From Lama guanicoe (lineage: Eukaryota): 64,000 nucleotides of DNA. The notes below the pieces were generated by a model that saw nothing but the letters and a program-made list of their open reading frames with translations, was not told where the DNA came from and made no database searches. The stretch covers positions 4,874,724-4,938,723 of the forward strand of contig MU054338.1 of the NCBI GenBank assembly GCA_013239625.1. Reading direction: 5' to 3'. Positions within the stretch are counted from its first letter, which is position 1. Each line of letters opens with the position of its first letter. Made by a program: the position numbers and the translations under genes. This document shows, piece after piece, positions 46,318-58,520 of the stretch.

Positions 46318-46653
46318 TGATTCTCATTTCAGCTTTCCTCACGCTGTCCCGGCTCCCCTGCTCGCCTCAGTTAGAATACAGGCCTCTGGCCTGCAGCGGC
46401 CTTTTCCCCTGCACGCCAGTCTTGGGGCCTTACCACTCTGCTCAAGAGAAGCCTCCCCCACAGAGCTGGGTCTGGGGGACCTCGCCGGCACGCCCTGTGC
46501 CCCCGGCTGCCCTGCGCATCCTCGGCTGCATCGCCCCGCACCTGGCCTTGATTTGCTTGATTAGAGAACTGGCCCCCTCCTGGGCGATCGCTGCTCCGCG
46601 GGGAGGGGCCCCCATCAGGGTTCTGGTTGTGTCTGAGGACTCCCCAGGCCGCG

Positions 46654-49600
46654 TCAGCAGGCAGCGTCAGCCTGGCCACTGGCCTGGACTGCCTGGTACA
46701 CGCTGAGGAGGGAGGAGACGGTGCCCAGGAGGCCCACCAGCCACGGCGGGAAGCGGCCGGCCCACAGGACACCCGGGGGCAGCCAGTGCACCGCGTTGGC
46801 CAGGTCAGCCAGGTTGCTCAGAAGGGCCAGCGCCTCCGACCGGATCTGGGCCTCCACGGTCCTCCGCTTGCCCCGAGGCCGCTGGCTGCGGGAGCAAAGA
46901 GGGGGGCTCAGGGAAGGCCGGGAGGCGCCCAAGCCCAGCCGCAGGGGCAGGGTTGAGGAGTGCCGGGAGTCGGGAGAGCTGGTGGGGTCTCTCAGGGGGA
47001 CCGTGTCGTGGTCACACCCGCCAGAGGGAGCCCACGGCGTGAACGGAACACAGCCCGGCGTGGGGTCTCAGGTCCACACCTCCGTCCTCCCAAACCTCCG
47101 GAGTTGGGCAGGGAGGTGGGCAGGTTCTGGGCCTACGCCGGGCTGGGCCCTACCCCCTGTTCCTTCCTGACCCTGGTCCCCAGGAAACTGGCTCCATCCC
47201 CCATCTTCCTCCCTGAAGGGGGGTGGCCGGGAAGGCTCAGCCCTGGAGACCTGGCTCTGCCATCTCCTGTCTACGGGGCTTCAAGTAAGCCTCAGTTTCC
47301 CCAGCTGTGAAAGTGCCACCATCCACCTGGAGGCTGCAGGGAGGCCCCGTGACCTGGCCCACATCACACCCCAGCACAGGACCTGCGCAGGGCAGGGCTG
47401 ACCACTGGTGACTGAGCACCTCCCTGTCTGGGGAAAGCCAGGGGGGACCCCAGACTGCGGGAGGAAGTCAGCCTTTCTCCTGGGCGAAACCCCGAGCATC
47501 GTACCTGGTGAAGGCCGCCGGGGGGCTCCTCAGCCTCTGTCTCAGCTTCAGGACTATCCACAAGGACCTGCAACACCACAGAGGCTGGGGCAGGAGCAGC
47601 AGGGGAGGCTCGTCCCTAACGCAGACCCCCACCTGCCCACGTGGTAGGTTCAGGAGTGTCCAGTGCTTCTGACACGGCCAACCGGGCCCCAGCCCACCTC
47701 TGCGAACTACTGGCCCGGGACCACGGCTCAAAGGAACATCGTGCCACACGGGGTGTCTACGGCCCCGCTGGGAGGCCGCCCCTCTAGATGAGGCTGATTC
47801 CCCTCCCTGCGCCCTGGCTGGCTCACCTGGTAAATGTGGGCCAGAGGAGCACCATGGCTGTCCCCTCCCCCTGACACAACCGACCTGTCTGAGGTGAGTC
47901 TGAACAACCTTCTGGACCCTGAGGGCTGGTGCGTGAGAATGAGGAAGCGGCCGCCAGGCGGGCATCCTCCAGTGCTCCCTGGGGACTCCGGCCCTGCACG
48001 ATGTCCACCCAGGCTGCTCCGCCCCGCCCTTGCACCCTGCACCCTGGGCTGTGGGGAGTGTCGGTGAGGGAACATGCCCAGTCCTGCCCAGTAGAGGGCT
48101 GACCGCAGCCAGACTTCCCGACTGGGAGGTCCAGGACTTGGTCCCATCTCCCCAGCCACTGTGTACCCATCCAGGTGACATGTCCTGAGGGTAGGGGACA
48201 CAGGGCAGCACCACTTGGGGAACTTAGAGCAAAATGCTGACTCCCAGGCCCCCAGAATCAGAATCTCTGGGTGCCTGAGCCTGGTATCTGCCTGTCAACA
48301 CCCTCCCAGGTGACTGACTGTCTAGCACCCTGGGGTCTTAAGGACCCCTGGTCGTTGGTGAGTACACACCAAATGCTCCCCAACCCCCACACCCGTGGCC
48401 GTGCCACACACAGAGAAATGATGGGAAAACTAGATGCTCTAAAAATGAACGGAAGAATAGAGCACAGAGGATTTCAGGGTGGTGAAAATACTCTGTGTGG
48501 CACTTGTCCGGTGGGTATGTGTCATTATACACTTGTCCAAACCCAGAGAATGTACAACACCAAGACTGAACTCGAACGTCAGCCACAGACCTGGGCTGAT
48601 TATGCTGTAATAAATGTAGCCCTCTGGTGCCGGGTTGACAGCGGGGGAGGCTGTGCAGGGCTGGGGGGTATGTGGGAACTCTTACTTTCCACTCAGTTTT
48701 GCTGGGAACCTAAAATTGCTCTAGAAAAACAAAGTCCATTTGAGAAAAAAATGAATGGAACCAAGGCTGCCCCTAAAGCAGGAACGGGAAGTCTCTCGGA
48801 GCCGAGGGCACAAGGCACACGGAGGAGAGGCCCTGAGCCGGGGCCCCCAGGGAGCTGAGCCCCAGGGCGTCCAGAGCACGGCCCACGGACCACCGGAGGC
48901 CCTGAGCATGCACATGGCCTCTGTGACTGCGAGGGGAGCGGGTCTCAAGGGGGAGCCATGTCAGGGAAGCAAGGAGAGCAGAGATAAGTAAAAATTAGTC
49001 GGCAGATTGTGAGCTCAAAGGCTTGGAGGAATCACTGAAGTGTAAAGAGTGGGCAGCTCTGGGTTGGATGGCGGGGTGAGCTGAACAAAACCCAAAGTGA
49101 AAGATTCATTGTCATTCAAGTGACAGCAGACACGGGCACTGCCGAGCCCTCCAGGGTCCGAGGCCACCCCTCTTCCCCTCAGGGATATGAGAGAACTTTA
49201 CTGCCCTGAACTCGGGCCCTGGAGGCCCTGCTTCGCCTCTGCTTTATGGGGCAGGAGACTCTGAACAAAGCCACCCAGAAAATCTGTAGAGGGGAAGATG
49301 CTTGGGAGGAAACCATTATTAGAAACCTTATGGGGTTTTTGGAAGCACAGAGCCAGTTTAGAAACTCCTGGCTGTTTTATCTGAGGTTTGCTGATGACAA
49401 CGCAAGCAGGACTTGGGGACCCGGGTGAAGGCAGCTACGTGAGCTACTTCTGTCCAGGCTCCAGAGTTCTTCTTTTTCCTGGGTCCTGTGGGCACAGTCA
49501 CGCCCCGGCCCCCAAAAGATGTATGGACTTCCCAGTCCCTGGCACCAGTGATCTGTTCCCTGGCACAGCAAAAAGGACTTTGCAGATGGGACTGAGCTCA

Positions 49601-52600
49601 GGGGCTGGAGATGGGAGAGGATAACGGAGGGGCCCAACCCAATGTCACCTCAAGGGTCCTCATAAAAGGGAGGCAGGAGGCTCAGAGTCAGAGATGTGGC
49701 AACAGAAGCAGAGGCTGCACCAGAAACTGACACAACATTGTAAACTGACTATACTACAATTAAAAGAAAAAAGTTTTTTTAAAGTAAAAAAAAAAAAAGA
49801 AAGAAATAAGCAGCAGAGGCTGGAGCAGTGAACTTCAAGGATGGAGGAAGGGGCCACCAGCCGAGCAATGCGGGCTGCCTCTAGGAGCTGGAAAAGGCCA
49901 GGGACAGAGGTCCCCGGGAACCTCCAGAAGGAACACAGCCCTGCCGACACCTTGATTTTTAGCCCAGCGAGACCCATGTAGGACTTCTGACCTCCAGAAC
50001 TGTCAGGATGATGTTTGTGTTGCTTAAAGCCACCAAGTTTGTGGTTATCTGTTGCAGCAGCAACAGGGGACAGATACAGCGAGGTGGTGACAGAAAGAGG
50101 AGAGGCAGGGGAGGAGAGACCTCTGCGCCTCCAGCCTGTCTGTCGGGCCGCCCGGGGGCCTGCCTGCAGGTGGCGACACCACTTACCTAGCAATCCCCAG
50201 GAGCAGGGAGAGGCCCCAGAAGGCTGTGCTCAGTGTCCACCACCGGGCAGAGTCCACGTGGAGGATTTTGGCATCAGAAGCCCAGGCGATGTGCTCACAG
50301 GGGTAGTAGAGCTGGTCAGCCAGGTTGCCCAGGACAGACACACAGCGCACAAAGATGTCCTCTTCCTCCAGGACCGGGAGAGAAGGGGTGGGGGGGTGGA
50401 GGGCCTGGGGTCAGACCTACCCACTGCCCATTTTAGGGGCCCAGGCCATGTCAGGTGGCAGTCACAGGGCACTGTCCAAGCCTGGCAGGCTGGCCCATGG
50501 CTGGCCCTGCAGGAGAAGGCTCGATTTCTGCCTCCCAGCCGTATGGTCAACACTGCCCAGTGGAGCAGTGGGTCTCAATTCAGCCACACAGCGGAATCCC
50601 TGGGGGGCTTCAAAAATCCCACACCCAGCCCCCACAGAATTTTTTTTAAGTTCCCAGATGATTCCCACATAGGACAACTTGGGATGCCCTGCATCAGAGC
50701 CTTCCTACCCCGAAGGCTGCCAGTTCTTGTTCTTGTTCTGGCCGAGGGATATCCCAGATGCAGAGGGCCCTCCACCCACTGCCCAGAGACTCAGGGGAGC
50801 CCTCACAGAGGAGGTGGGGGGCAGTCCTCCGGGGATTCACCACAAGCACACTCTAATGAAAGAGGAGGCTGGAGAGACGGGCGTCAAAACAGGAGGAAGG
50901 TCCAGGGAAACACATGAGACTTGGGATGATCAGGCCACAGGCTCTGGGGCTGGATAGGGGAGCATCTGAGCAAGGGGCTCAGAGAGGAGACCCAGGAGAG
51001 CAGGGGGAACAGGCAGGGCAGCCCAGGAAGGGGCATGACTTGGCCAGGCTGGCCCTGGGCAGCTCCTCAGCCCACCCCCTGGGGGGGACAAGCTCGTCCC
51101 CAGGGGAGGAGCGCTGCTCTAGACCTACCAGAACTCCTGTGGAAGGATGTGGTGCAGTTGTAACAGCAAAATATTATAATCTCCCAAGTCAACAGGGAGC
51201 AGTTAAATACATCACCATCCGGCCATACGGCAGAGTACTATGTGGTCATAAAGAAGAAAGAAGCTCCTTTTGGACTGATATGGGATGATCTCCAAGTCGT
51301 AGTGTTAAGTGAAAAAAGCGAGTGGCAGAACAGTGTAAATGACACAACTATTTATGTAAACAATGTGTATTTGCCCGTGAAGTTACAGATCTCATGAAAA
51401 AAAACATGGGAAGCTGACAACAGTGGCTGCCTCTGAGGAGGAAAACTGAGGGCCGGGGGATCAGGAAAGAGAGAGAGTTTTTAAGTACACAGTTTTTTGG
51501 AATGTGCAAACCTACTAGCTATATTTTTTAATTTAAATTGAAATGAGAACATTTGATCGTCTCAAAAAACAAGTGAAACTGAAAACAATAATAAACCGCC
51601 CATGCAGTTGCTTTTATAAAGACAAGTCCATAAGGCGCTGGCTTCCCGGGGTCCGCACCCTCTCCCTACAGCCCCACGCACCCCATTACCTCTGCCCCCA
51701 GGCCGTACTGCTTAGTGTAGACAAACATGGCCGCATCATCAAAGAGTCGCAGGATGGTCCTGCAATGGCTGAATTGGGAAGACAGTGCCAGCAGGCGCGT
51801 CCCCACTTCTGACCTGGCAGATTGTTCCACCAGGACCCCGCCCACCAGCTGGCAGCAGTACCCCAGCGTTCGGATCTGTGGGAAACCAGAGGCAGTCAGT
51901 GTAGCCCTGATCACCCCTGACCTGGCCATGGGCCCCAGTGGGATCGAGTGGGAGGAAGAGTCTAAATCAACAAACTTCCAGTAAAAGCCAAAAGTTTCAA
52001 AAGATATTCGTAGGTGGGACAAGTGGAGAAACATATCATTGTCCAAAAGGCATTGCGGAGACTAATGGGAGTGCTGGCTCATGTCACCAAGGGGCACAGC
52101 CTTTGGAGACCAAGGTAACGGGGACAAGAAAAAGAAAACCTCATTTGCCACCTCTTGGATCCTTTTCCCAGCAGTCAGGAGGACTAGGTGGAAATGTATA
52201 TCTGCATCTATCTGGCTGGACCAAAGCCCGTGGCTGAGCTGGGGGGTGGGGAAGTGAGTGGGCATCAACTGAGTGGACAAAAGGATAATCTGCTTGTATT
52301 ACTTTTGTGAGAAGGAACTCACCACTCACTGGGGGGTTTGGGGGCACTGTGAACTACGCTTCTTTATTTCATCTGCTTTTCAGAAGTTGCTCTTCCCTGT
52401 TGTTTTATATATTATTTTTACTTGTAATTGCTTTCCAGCGCCTTTGTAGTAGCAAAATGCTGCAATTTAAATGTCCAGTTTGGGGGGATTTGTTAAAACC
52501 TGAATGCCCAATCACAGGGGATTTGGTTGGATCTAAATGCCCAGCCACTGATACGTTCCCTGATACAGCCTGAATGCCTACCTGTAAGAGACCGATTGGG

Positions 52601-53257
52601 ACAAGCCCACAGTCTGACCTCAGAAGCCTGGAAGGAATAACCTAAATGCCCAGCCAGTGGAGATGGTGGTCAGAACCTAAACATCCAGCTGTAGGGGAAG
52701 CCCTGCAAAATCTTAAATCCCCATATGAGACTGTTTCAGATAACCCAGGGACTAACTACAGAGGCCCAGTCAGATCTTAAATATCCAACCATGAAGTTGT
52801 TTGGCATGGAAATGTCCATCCAGGTTGAAGTGGCCAGAACAACCTAAGTGCCCAGTTTGGTCAGAACCCAAATGTCCAGCCATTGGGGGAGCCCTGCAGC
52901 ACCCCAAATCCTCCCATGACATTGTTTGGAACTCCCCACGGCCAATTTCAGTGATCCAGTCGGATCCCAAATGTGCAAACGTGAGGATTTGGTTGCACGG
53001 TAAACGTTCAGTCGCACTGGGTTGGCCGGAACAATCTGAATGTCCACCGCTCGGGGACAGGGTTGGAGCCCAGCTCGGTCAGGGCCTCTGCCAGGGGGGC
53101 TCCTGAGTGACCCCGCTCCCTCTCTGGCCTCAGTTTCCAGGTCTCTGAGCTCCGGCCCGACTCCGGGACCTCTGGCCGCGCTGCACCCAAGCCTCACCAG
53201 GCGGTCCCGGCCCCTGTACGACTCCAGCGCCGACGCCAGACCACTCAGAGCCGCCAT
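46654..53257 (-). CDS. PEX11G: Peroxisomal biogenesis factor 11 gamma, complete: exons 53257-53198, 51875-51690, 50365-50187, 47567-47505, 46885-46654; 720 nt, 239 aa
   Basis: MAALSGLASALESYRGRDRL / IRTLGYCCQLVGG...RLFDD / EEDIFVRC / SLWIVLKLRQRL / LSNLADLANAVHWLP; GT-AG junctions, frame intact. Confidence 0.96.
48440..48735 (+). mobile_element. L1M 3' UTR fragment
   Basis: cattatacacttgtccaaacccagagaatgtacaacacc...aacctaaaattgctct. Confidence 0.65.
49487..50078 (+). mobile_element. MaLR (MLT1D-like) LTR interrupted by a short L1 3' end at 49718-49811
   Basis: ggactttgcagatg...cctccagaaggaacacagccctgccgacaccttgatttt; TSD agcagaggctg. Confidence 0.85.
52465..53070. repeat. Highly degenerate tandem array, unit about 33 bp, core (aa)cctaaatgYccag
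   Basis: Core recurs about 14 times; KCP/ECP recurs in the spurious translation. Confidence 0.7.
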
Positions 53258-53510
53258 GGCGACTCCGCCGTGACGTCCCCGCGACGTCGGCGCGCCGCGC
53301 CAGGGGGCGGGCCCCGCGAGAGGCCACGCCCCCCCGGAAACGTTGTGCGCAGGCGCGGCCGCGACCCTTTGTCCCGCAACCAGCCCTTTGTCTGCCGCAG
53401 GGAGGGACAGGGTGTGCGGCTGTGCCGCCGCCACGTGTGCGCACCCCCGCGCCTTTGCACCCAGGAGGGCCCCGGGAGCTCGCAGCCTTCCGCCCCGCAC
53501 TGGCTCGTCC
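53150..53510 (-). promoter_or_regulatory. PEX11G: PEX11G CpG-island promoter: CRE-like TGACGTC 53271, GC box about 53304, ETS CCGGAA 53334, NRF1-like TGCGCAGGCGCG 53346-53357, E-box CACGTG 53432
   Basis: Very high CpG density around exon 1; motifs read directly. Confidence 0.8.
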
Positions 53511-53783
53511 TTTCAGAGTTAACCAACTATCCACCAAAAATACACATATTCCAAGCAAAAGCGCACCAGCCTGTTTACTGCTGTTCAAGAAGGGAAGCTT
53601 CTTTGTAATTTTTTTTCATCACCCTTTCTGTATTGTCTGCTTGTCAATAGTGAGCACGTATGGCTGCTGTGATATCGTGTAAGGCATTATTAGAAAATTA
53701 AGGAAACACATAGAATCCTTCTAGAAGAATAGGCAACAATCTGGTAACTGGGATTGCACCGGAAAGGATAACTGGGTGGCTGG

Positions 53784-54242
53784 TGTCGACTAGAATAAGA
53801 ACGCACACGGTGAGCTGTGAGTTTCCCCTTTATTTGGGGGCTTTCTGAGGACCGTAACCGAGACTGACCCCGGGGTAGTTCTGAGGAGCTGCCCGGAAGA
53901 AGTGGAGGGAAGGGATACATGGGATTTGGGATGAGGGTGTGTGTAATCAAGCACACATGTCGATAGAAGGTTGCTGCTAGTCAGGAGGAGCAGATACCAT
54001 AGTTAATGATTTTAGTGCTTTTCTTCAGTATGGAAAGATGTAAGAATCCAGGCTCATAGAAAATTTTTCCTTAAAGTATCTAACTGAAAGGCCTGTTCTG
54101 CCAGTTTTCCCAGAGCACAGAGAGCCTCATTCCTGATCTCCACCCTGAACTCCTTTCAGGGTGTGCTGAAGACCGGCGACTGCAGTGACCAGTGACTCAA
54201 TCCTTGTAGAGGCGGATGGCAGGCGATATTCTTTAGCTGTCA
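53784..54242 (-). mobile_element. ERV1-class solo LTR
   Basis: TG...CA ends, 4-bp TSD CTGG (53780-53783 and 54243-54246), AATAAA on the minus strand at 53829-53834. Confidence 0.8.
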
Positions 54243-54524
54243 CTGGGCAGAGATTAAAGTTCACCTTTGTACCATTTTGTAGCTCTTGAATTTTATGCAC
54301 TGCAGATTACATATGCTCTCCTATTTTTCCTGAGGTTAAAATGATAAATAGGGCTCAGGGAAAGATAAGCAGGTTTACCAATAGGCAGACACAAAAATGC
54401 ATATTTTACTAGGTGTGAAGTTTTACCTGACTGTGGTTTTGTTCTCCATTTCCCTAATGGCTAATGATGTTGACTGATTCCCTTTTATTAAACATTTTCT
54501 CTTTATTTCAATTCCTATTACTCT

Positions 54525-54940
54525 GCCAGCCTCACTCACTCCTTTCCAGTCACATTGCCTTCCTCCTGTTTCTTGAAGTTACAGCCCGCACCTGCCTCAG
54601 GACCTTTGCATATGCTGCTGTTCCCTCTGCCTGGAAGGCTGTCTCTCACCTCCTCCTCGTGTTTACTCAAATGTCCTCTTCTCATAGGACCTCCGCATCA
54701 CACCCTCCTCAGCAATTCCTACCCACATTTCTTGCTGCTTTATTTTTCTTTTTAGCTTGTTACACTAACGTAACTGTATATTTTGCTTCTTTACCTAGTC
54801 ATCTGGTTATTTGTCTAGTTACCTAGTTGTTTGTCTCTCCTTGACAGAATGTGAACTCCACTAGGGCAGAGATTTTGATCTGTCTCGGTCACAGCTACAT
54901 CCCCACAGCCTAGCACAAAATAGGTTCTCAGTAAGTGGTG
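54525..54940. mobile_element. L2 fragment
   Basis: cctcaggacctttgcatatgctg...gttccctctgcctggaa...agaatgtgaactcca...gcctagcaca. Confidence 0.65.
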
Positions 54941-55437
54941 TTGCTTGTGGGGCTCAGCATCCTGTCCAAAGCTCTCTGTTCGTGCTCCATCCACACTGTC
55001 CTGGGAGACCTGGTCCTTGCCCACGATTTCCCTAGCCACCTCTTTGCTGGCCTCTTCCAACTCTCTCTCCAGTCCTTCCCTGTGTCCTGCTGCCACCTGT
55101 CCCCTGGACATTTCCCCTGCGAATCCCACAAGCCCCCTCGCACTCAGCAAGCCCCAGACTGATGTCAGCATCACTCCCCAAACGTCTGGCTCTTCCGTGC
55201 CCCCATCTCAGGGCTGCCCCACCTATCACCCAGCACCATTATGCTCACCTCTTTCCCTCCACAAGCCCCTCCCATGTCCCAGCAGTCACCAAAATATCCC
55301 TTGAACCCAGCCACTTCTTCCCAGCCCACAGCTCCCTCCATGGGCAACCCCCATTCTCTCTCTCCTAGACCCCAAGCCCTCCATCCCAAGGCCTGCCTTC
55401 CCCATAACATCCCAAGAGACTCTTTAACCCTTGCATT

Positions 55438-55563
55438 GGAGGGTAATAGCTCAGAGGTAGAGTGAATGCTTAGCATGCAGGAGGTCCTGGGTTCCATCCC
55501 CAGTACCTCCATTAAAAATCAATCAATTAATTAAAATAAACCTAATTACCTCCTCCCAAAAAT
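55438..55563 (+). mobile_element. tRNA-derived SINE
   Basis: tagctcagaggtagag...cttagcat...ggttccatccccagtacctcca plus tail. Confidence 0.85.
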
Positions 55564-56480
55564 AAGGAAAAGCCTCACCTCTGACTACGGCCCTCCTTGC
55601 TTAAGACCTGGGTGCAGGGGTCTGTGCGCCCCCCCAACCCCTACCAATTGGAGATACTGTTTCAACAGCAGAAAAATGTCCAAGCCCAGCCTGAGGCCTG
55701 CAGAGGGAAGGGAGCCTCAGGCAGCAGAGCTGCCGCTGCATGAGTGCCTGGATCCCTTCTTGAGCCTGTGCTGTCCCCACTGGTCTTGTAACAGCACGAT
55801 GCATTTCTCTGCGTGCCTGCGGTGTGCCAGGCCCCATGCTAGGCACCAGGGAGACAGCAGTGAGCCTGGCGGGCCCGGCCCGGCCCTCCGAGCACCCTCC
55901 AGTGTCTGGTTAGGGCTGAGCTTGACCTTTGAGAAAGACAAGAGCTGGCCCGGCATCCACAGCTAGGCACTGGTGTTCTCCCGCTGGACAGAAATAATTT
56001 CACAAAACGCCAGTGTCAGACAAGGTCGCTCTGTGGCCGTGGTGGACTAAGACAAAACAAGCCCACTCCGTCATCCCGTCTGAGCGCAGACAAAACAAAT
56101 GTTTTCCAAACCACAACAGCGACCAGACATGGCCTGTCCTGGCTGATCGGAGTGACTCCTGTGTCATCAACAATCAGCACTTTCGTCTTGCTTCATTCCT
56201 TAGACCTCTGGATCAAATAATTCAGCTCCTCTGTAACAGCGTTACCTACCCCTCCGTGCTTCCTGACAGCATCCAGGAGCCCCCGGATCCTCCTTTCCCC
56301 AACAGGCAGGGAAAATGTATATTTGCTTCAACCTGGCTGGGCTGAAGCCCTCAGCTGGGCCCTGGGCTGGGGAGCAGGTGATGGAACCTCAACCCAGCAG
56401 ACAAAACAACAGTTGACTTGAATTTAGTAAAAAGGAATCCACTCAGTACCTAAGTCCTGGGGCTCCAATTCAAAGTACAG

Positions 56481-57060
56481 GGATCACCCCAATGCTCACA
56501 GCAGTACTATTTACAACAGCCAGGACATGGAAGCAACCTAAATGTCCATTGACAGATGACTGGATAAAGAAGATGTGGTGTATATATATACAGTGGAATA
56601 CTCAGCCATAAAAAAGAATAAAATAATGCCATTTGCTGCAACATGGATGAAACTGGAGATCGTCATTCCAAGTGAAGTAAGCCAGAAAGAGAAAGACAAA
56701 TAACATATGATATCACTCATACATGGAATCTAAAAAAAATGACACAAATGAACTTACTTATAAAACACAGGCTCACAGGCAAGGAAGACAAACTTATGGT
56801 TACTAGGGGGAAAGTGGGTGGGAAGGGATATACTGGAAGTTCTAGATTTGCAGATACTACTCTATATAAAATACATAAACAAGAAGTTTCTACTGTATAG
56901 CACAGGGAACTATAACCAATATCTTGTAATAACCTATAAGGAAAAAATATGAAAGTGAATCTATGTATGTCTATGTATGACTGAAACATTATGCTGTACA
57001 CCAGAAATTGACACAACACTGTAACTGAATATACGTCAATAAATATATATATATATATAA
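56481..57060 (+). mobile_element. Relatively young L1 3' end
   Basis: ccccaatgctcacagcag...gcaacctaaatgtccattgacagatgactggataaagaagatgtgg...tacaccagaaattgacacaac. Confidence 0.9.
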
Positions 57061-57594
57061 AACAAGGTAAAGAAATTGCTTTTTCTTTTAAATTTTTTTG
57101 GTATTGTAAAATACACATAACATTAAAACTGACCATTTTAATCACCGTTAAGTGTTCGGTTTAGTGGCATTAAGTACATCCCCATTTTTAAAAAATGTCT
57201 ATTTTTTATTGAATTATAGTTGGTTTACAAGGATGTGTTAATTTCTGATGCACAGCATAGTGATTCAGTTATACATATATATATATATATATTCCTTTTC
57301 ATATTCTTTTTCCATATAGGGTATTACAAGGTGTTGTATATAGTTCCCCGTGCTATACGGAAGGACCTTGTTGTTTATCTATTTTATATACAGTAGTGTG
57401 TGTCTGAAAATCCCGAGCTCCCAATTAAGTGCATTCCATTGCTGTGCAACCATCACCACCATCCACCTCCAGAACTTTTTCATCTTCCCAAACTGAAACT
57501 GTGTCCCCATTAAACATCACCTTCCCATTCCCCCATCCTGATGTATTTTATGCATTATTTTTATTTGTCAAAACACCTCAAAAAAAGAAAGTCA

Positions 57595-57724
57595 AGGTGG
57601 GGGGGTATAGCTCAGTGGTAAAGCGCAGTCTTGGCATAATCAAGGTCCTGGGTTCAATCCTAAATAAATAAATAAATAAACCTAACTACCTCCCTGACAA
57701 AAATAAAACAAATTTAATTTTTTA
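57595..57724 (+). mobile_element. tRNA-derived SINE with TSD aaaaaagaaagtca
   Basis: Direct repeats at 57581-57594 and 57725-57738. Confidence 0.85.
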
Positions 57725-57783
57725 AAAAAAGAAAGTCACATTTCCAACCAGTAAAAGCATCCAACACAGAGCAAAACCCCGCT

Positions 57784-58520
57784 TTTTTTTTTTTGTAATT
57801 GAAGGAAAGTTGATTTACAATGTTGTGTTAGTTTCTGGTGTACAGCAAAGTGATTCAGTTTTACATATACATATATACACATATATTCTTTTTCAGATTC
57901 TTTTTCATTATAATTTATTACAAGATATTGAATGTAGTTCCCTGTGCTGTATAATGGTCCTTGTTGTTTATCTATTTCATATATATTAGTGTGTATCTGT
58001 TAATCCCAAACTCCTAATTTATCCCTCTCCCTCCTTTCCCCTTTGGTAACCACAAGTTTGTTTTCTATGTCTGTGAGTCTATTTCTGTTTTGTAAATAAG
58101 TTCATTTGTATCATTTTTTAAAGATTCCACATATGAGTGATACCATGTGATATTTGTCTTTTTCTGTCTGTGTGGGAGCCCATGATTGGGTTAACAAATT
58201 TTAACAGACCCCAGCCGCTTGTCTCCTTTAAGAAGAACAAATGTGCTTAGTAACTGCTTTGCAAGCAGGCTCCTGTGCGTCTGTCCGCACTCCTGTCTCC
58301 TTGCCCTAAAAAGCAGAGACTGCTTTGCTTGCATAGCTGAGGTTTTAGATAGCACTCTGTCGGCCAGAATCCACATGTCTGACTTACTTCACTCTAGGTC
58401 CATCTGTGTTGCTGCAAATAGCATTATTTCATTCTTTTTTATGGCTGAGTAGTATTCCATATAATATATATATCTATATATCCCACCTTCTTTATCCATT
58501 CATCTGTCGATAGACACTTG
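57784..58520 (-). mobile_element. L1 3' end, interrupted by the LTR at 58171-58375
   Basis: gttgatttacaatgttgtgttagtttctggtgtacagcaaagtgattcag. Confidence 0.85.
58171..58375. mobile_element. Short solo LTR-like insertion (ERVK/class II type) inside an L1
   Basis: TGTGG...CCACA ends, perfect 6-bp TSD tgtctg; L1 sequence resumes on both sides. Confidence 0.8.

Noticed and set aside
52801..53106. ORF with repeated KCP, zinc-finger-like at a glance
   Set aside because: No C2H2 spacing; it reflects the degenerate DNA array
55438..55511. tRNA-Ala(AGC)-like sequences here and at about 217, 11525, 19927, 23592, 57599 and 61255
   Set aside because: Diverged stems, AT-rich SINE tails and a TSD on one copy show these are SINE heads, not tRNA genes
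55900..56340. Possible old LTR fragment
   Set aside because: No termini or TSD could be defined by eye
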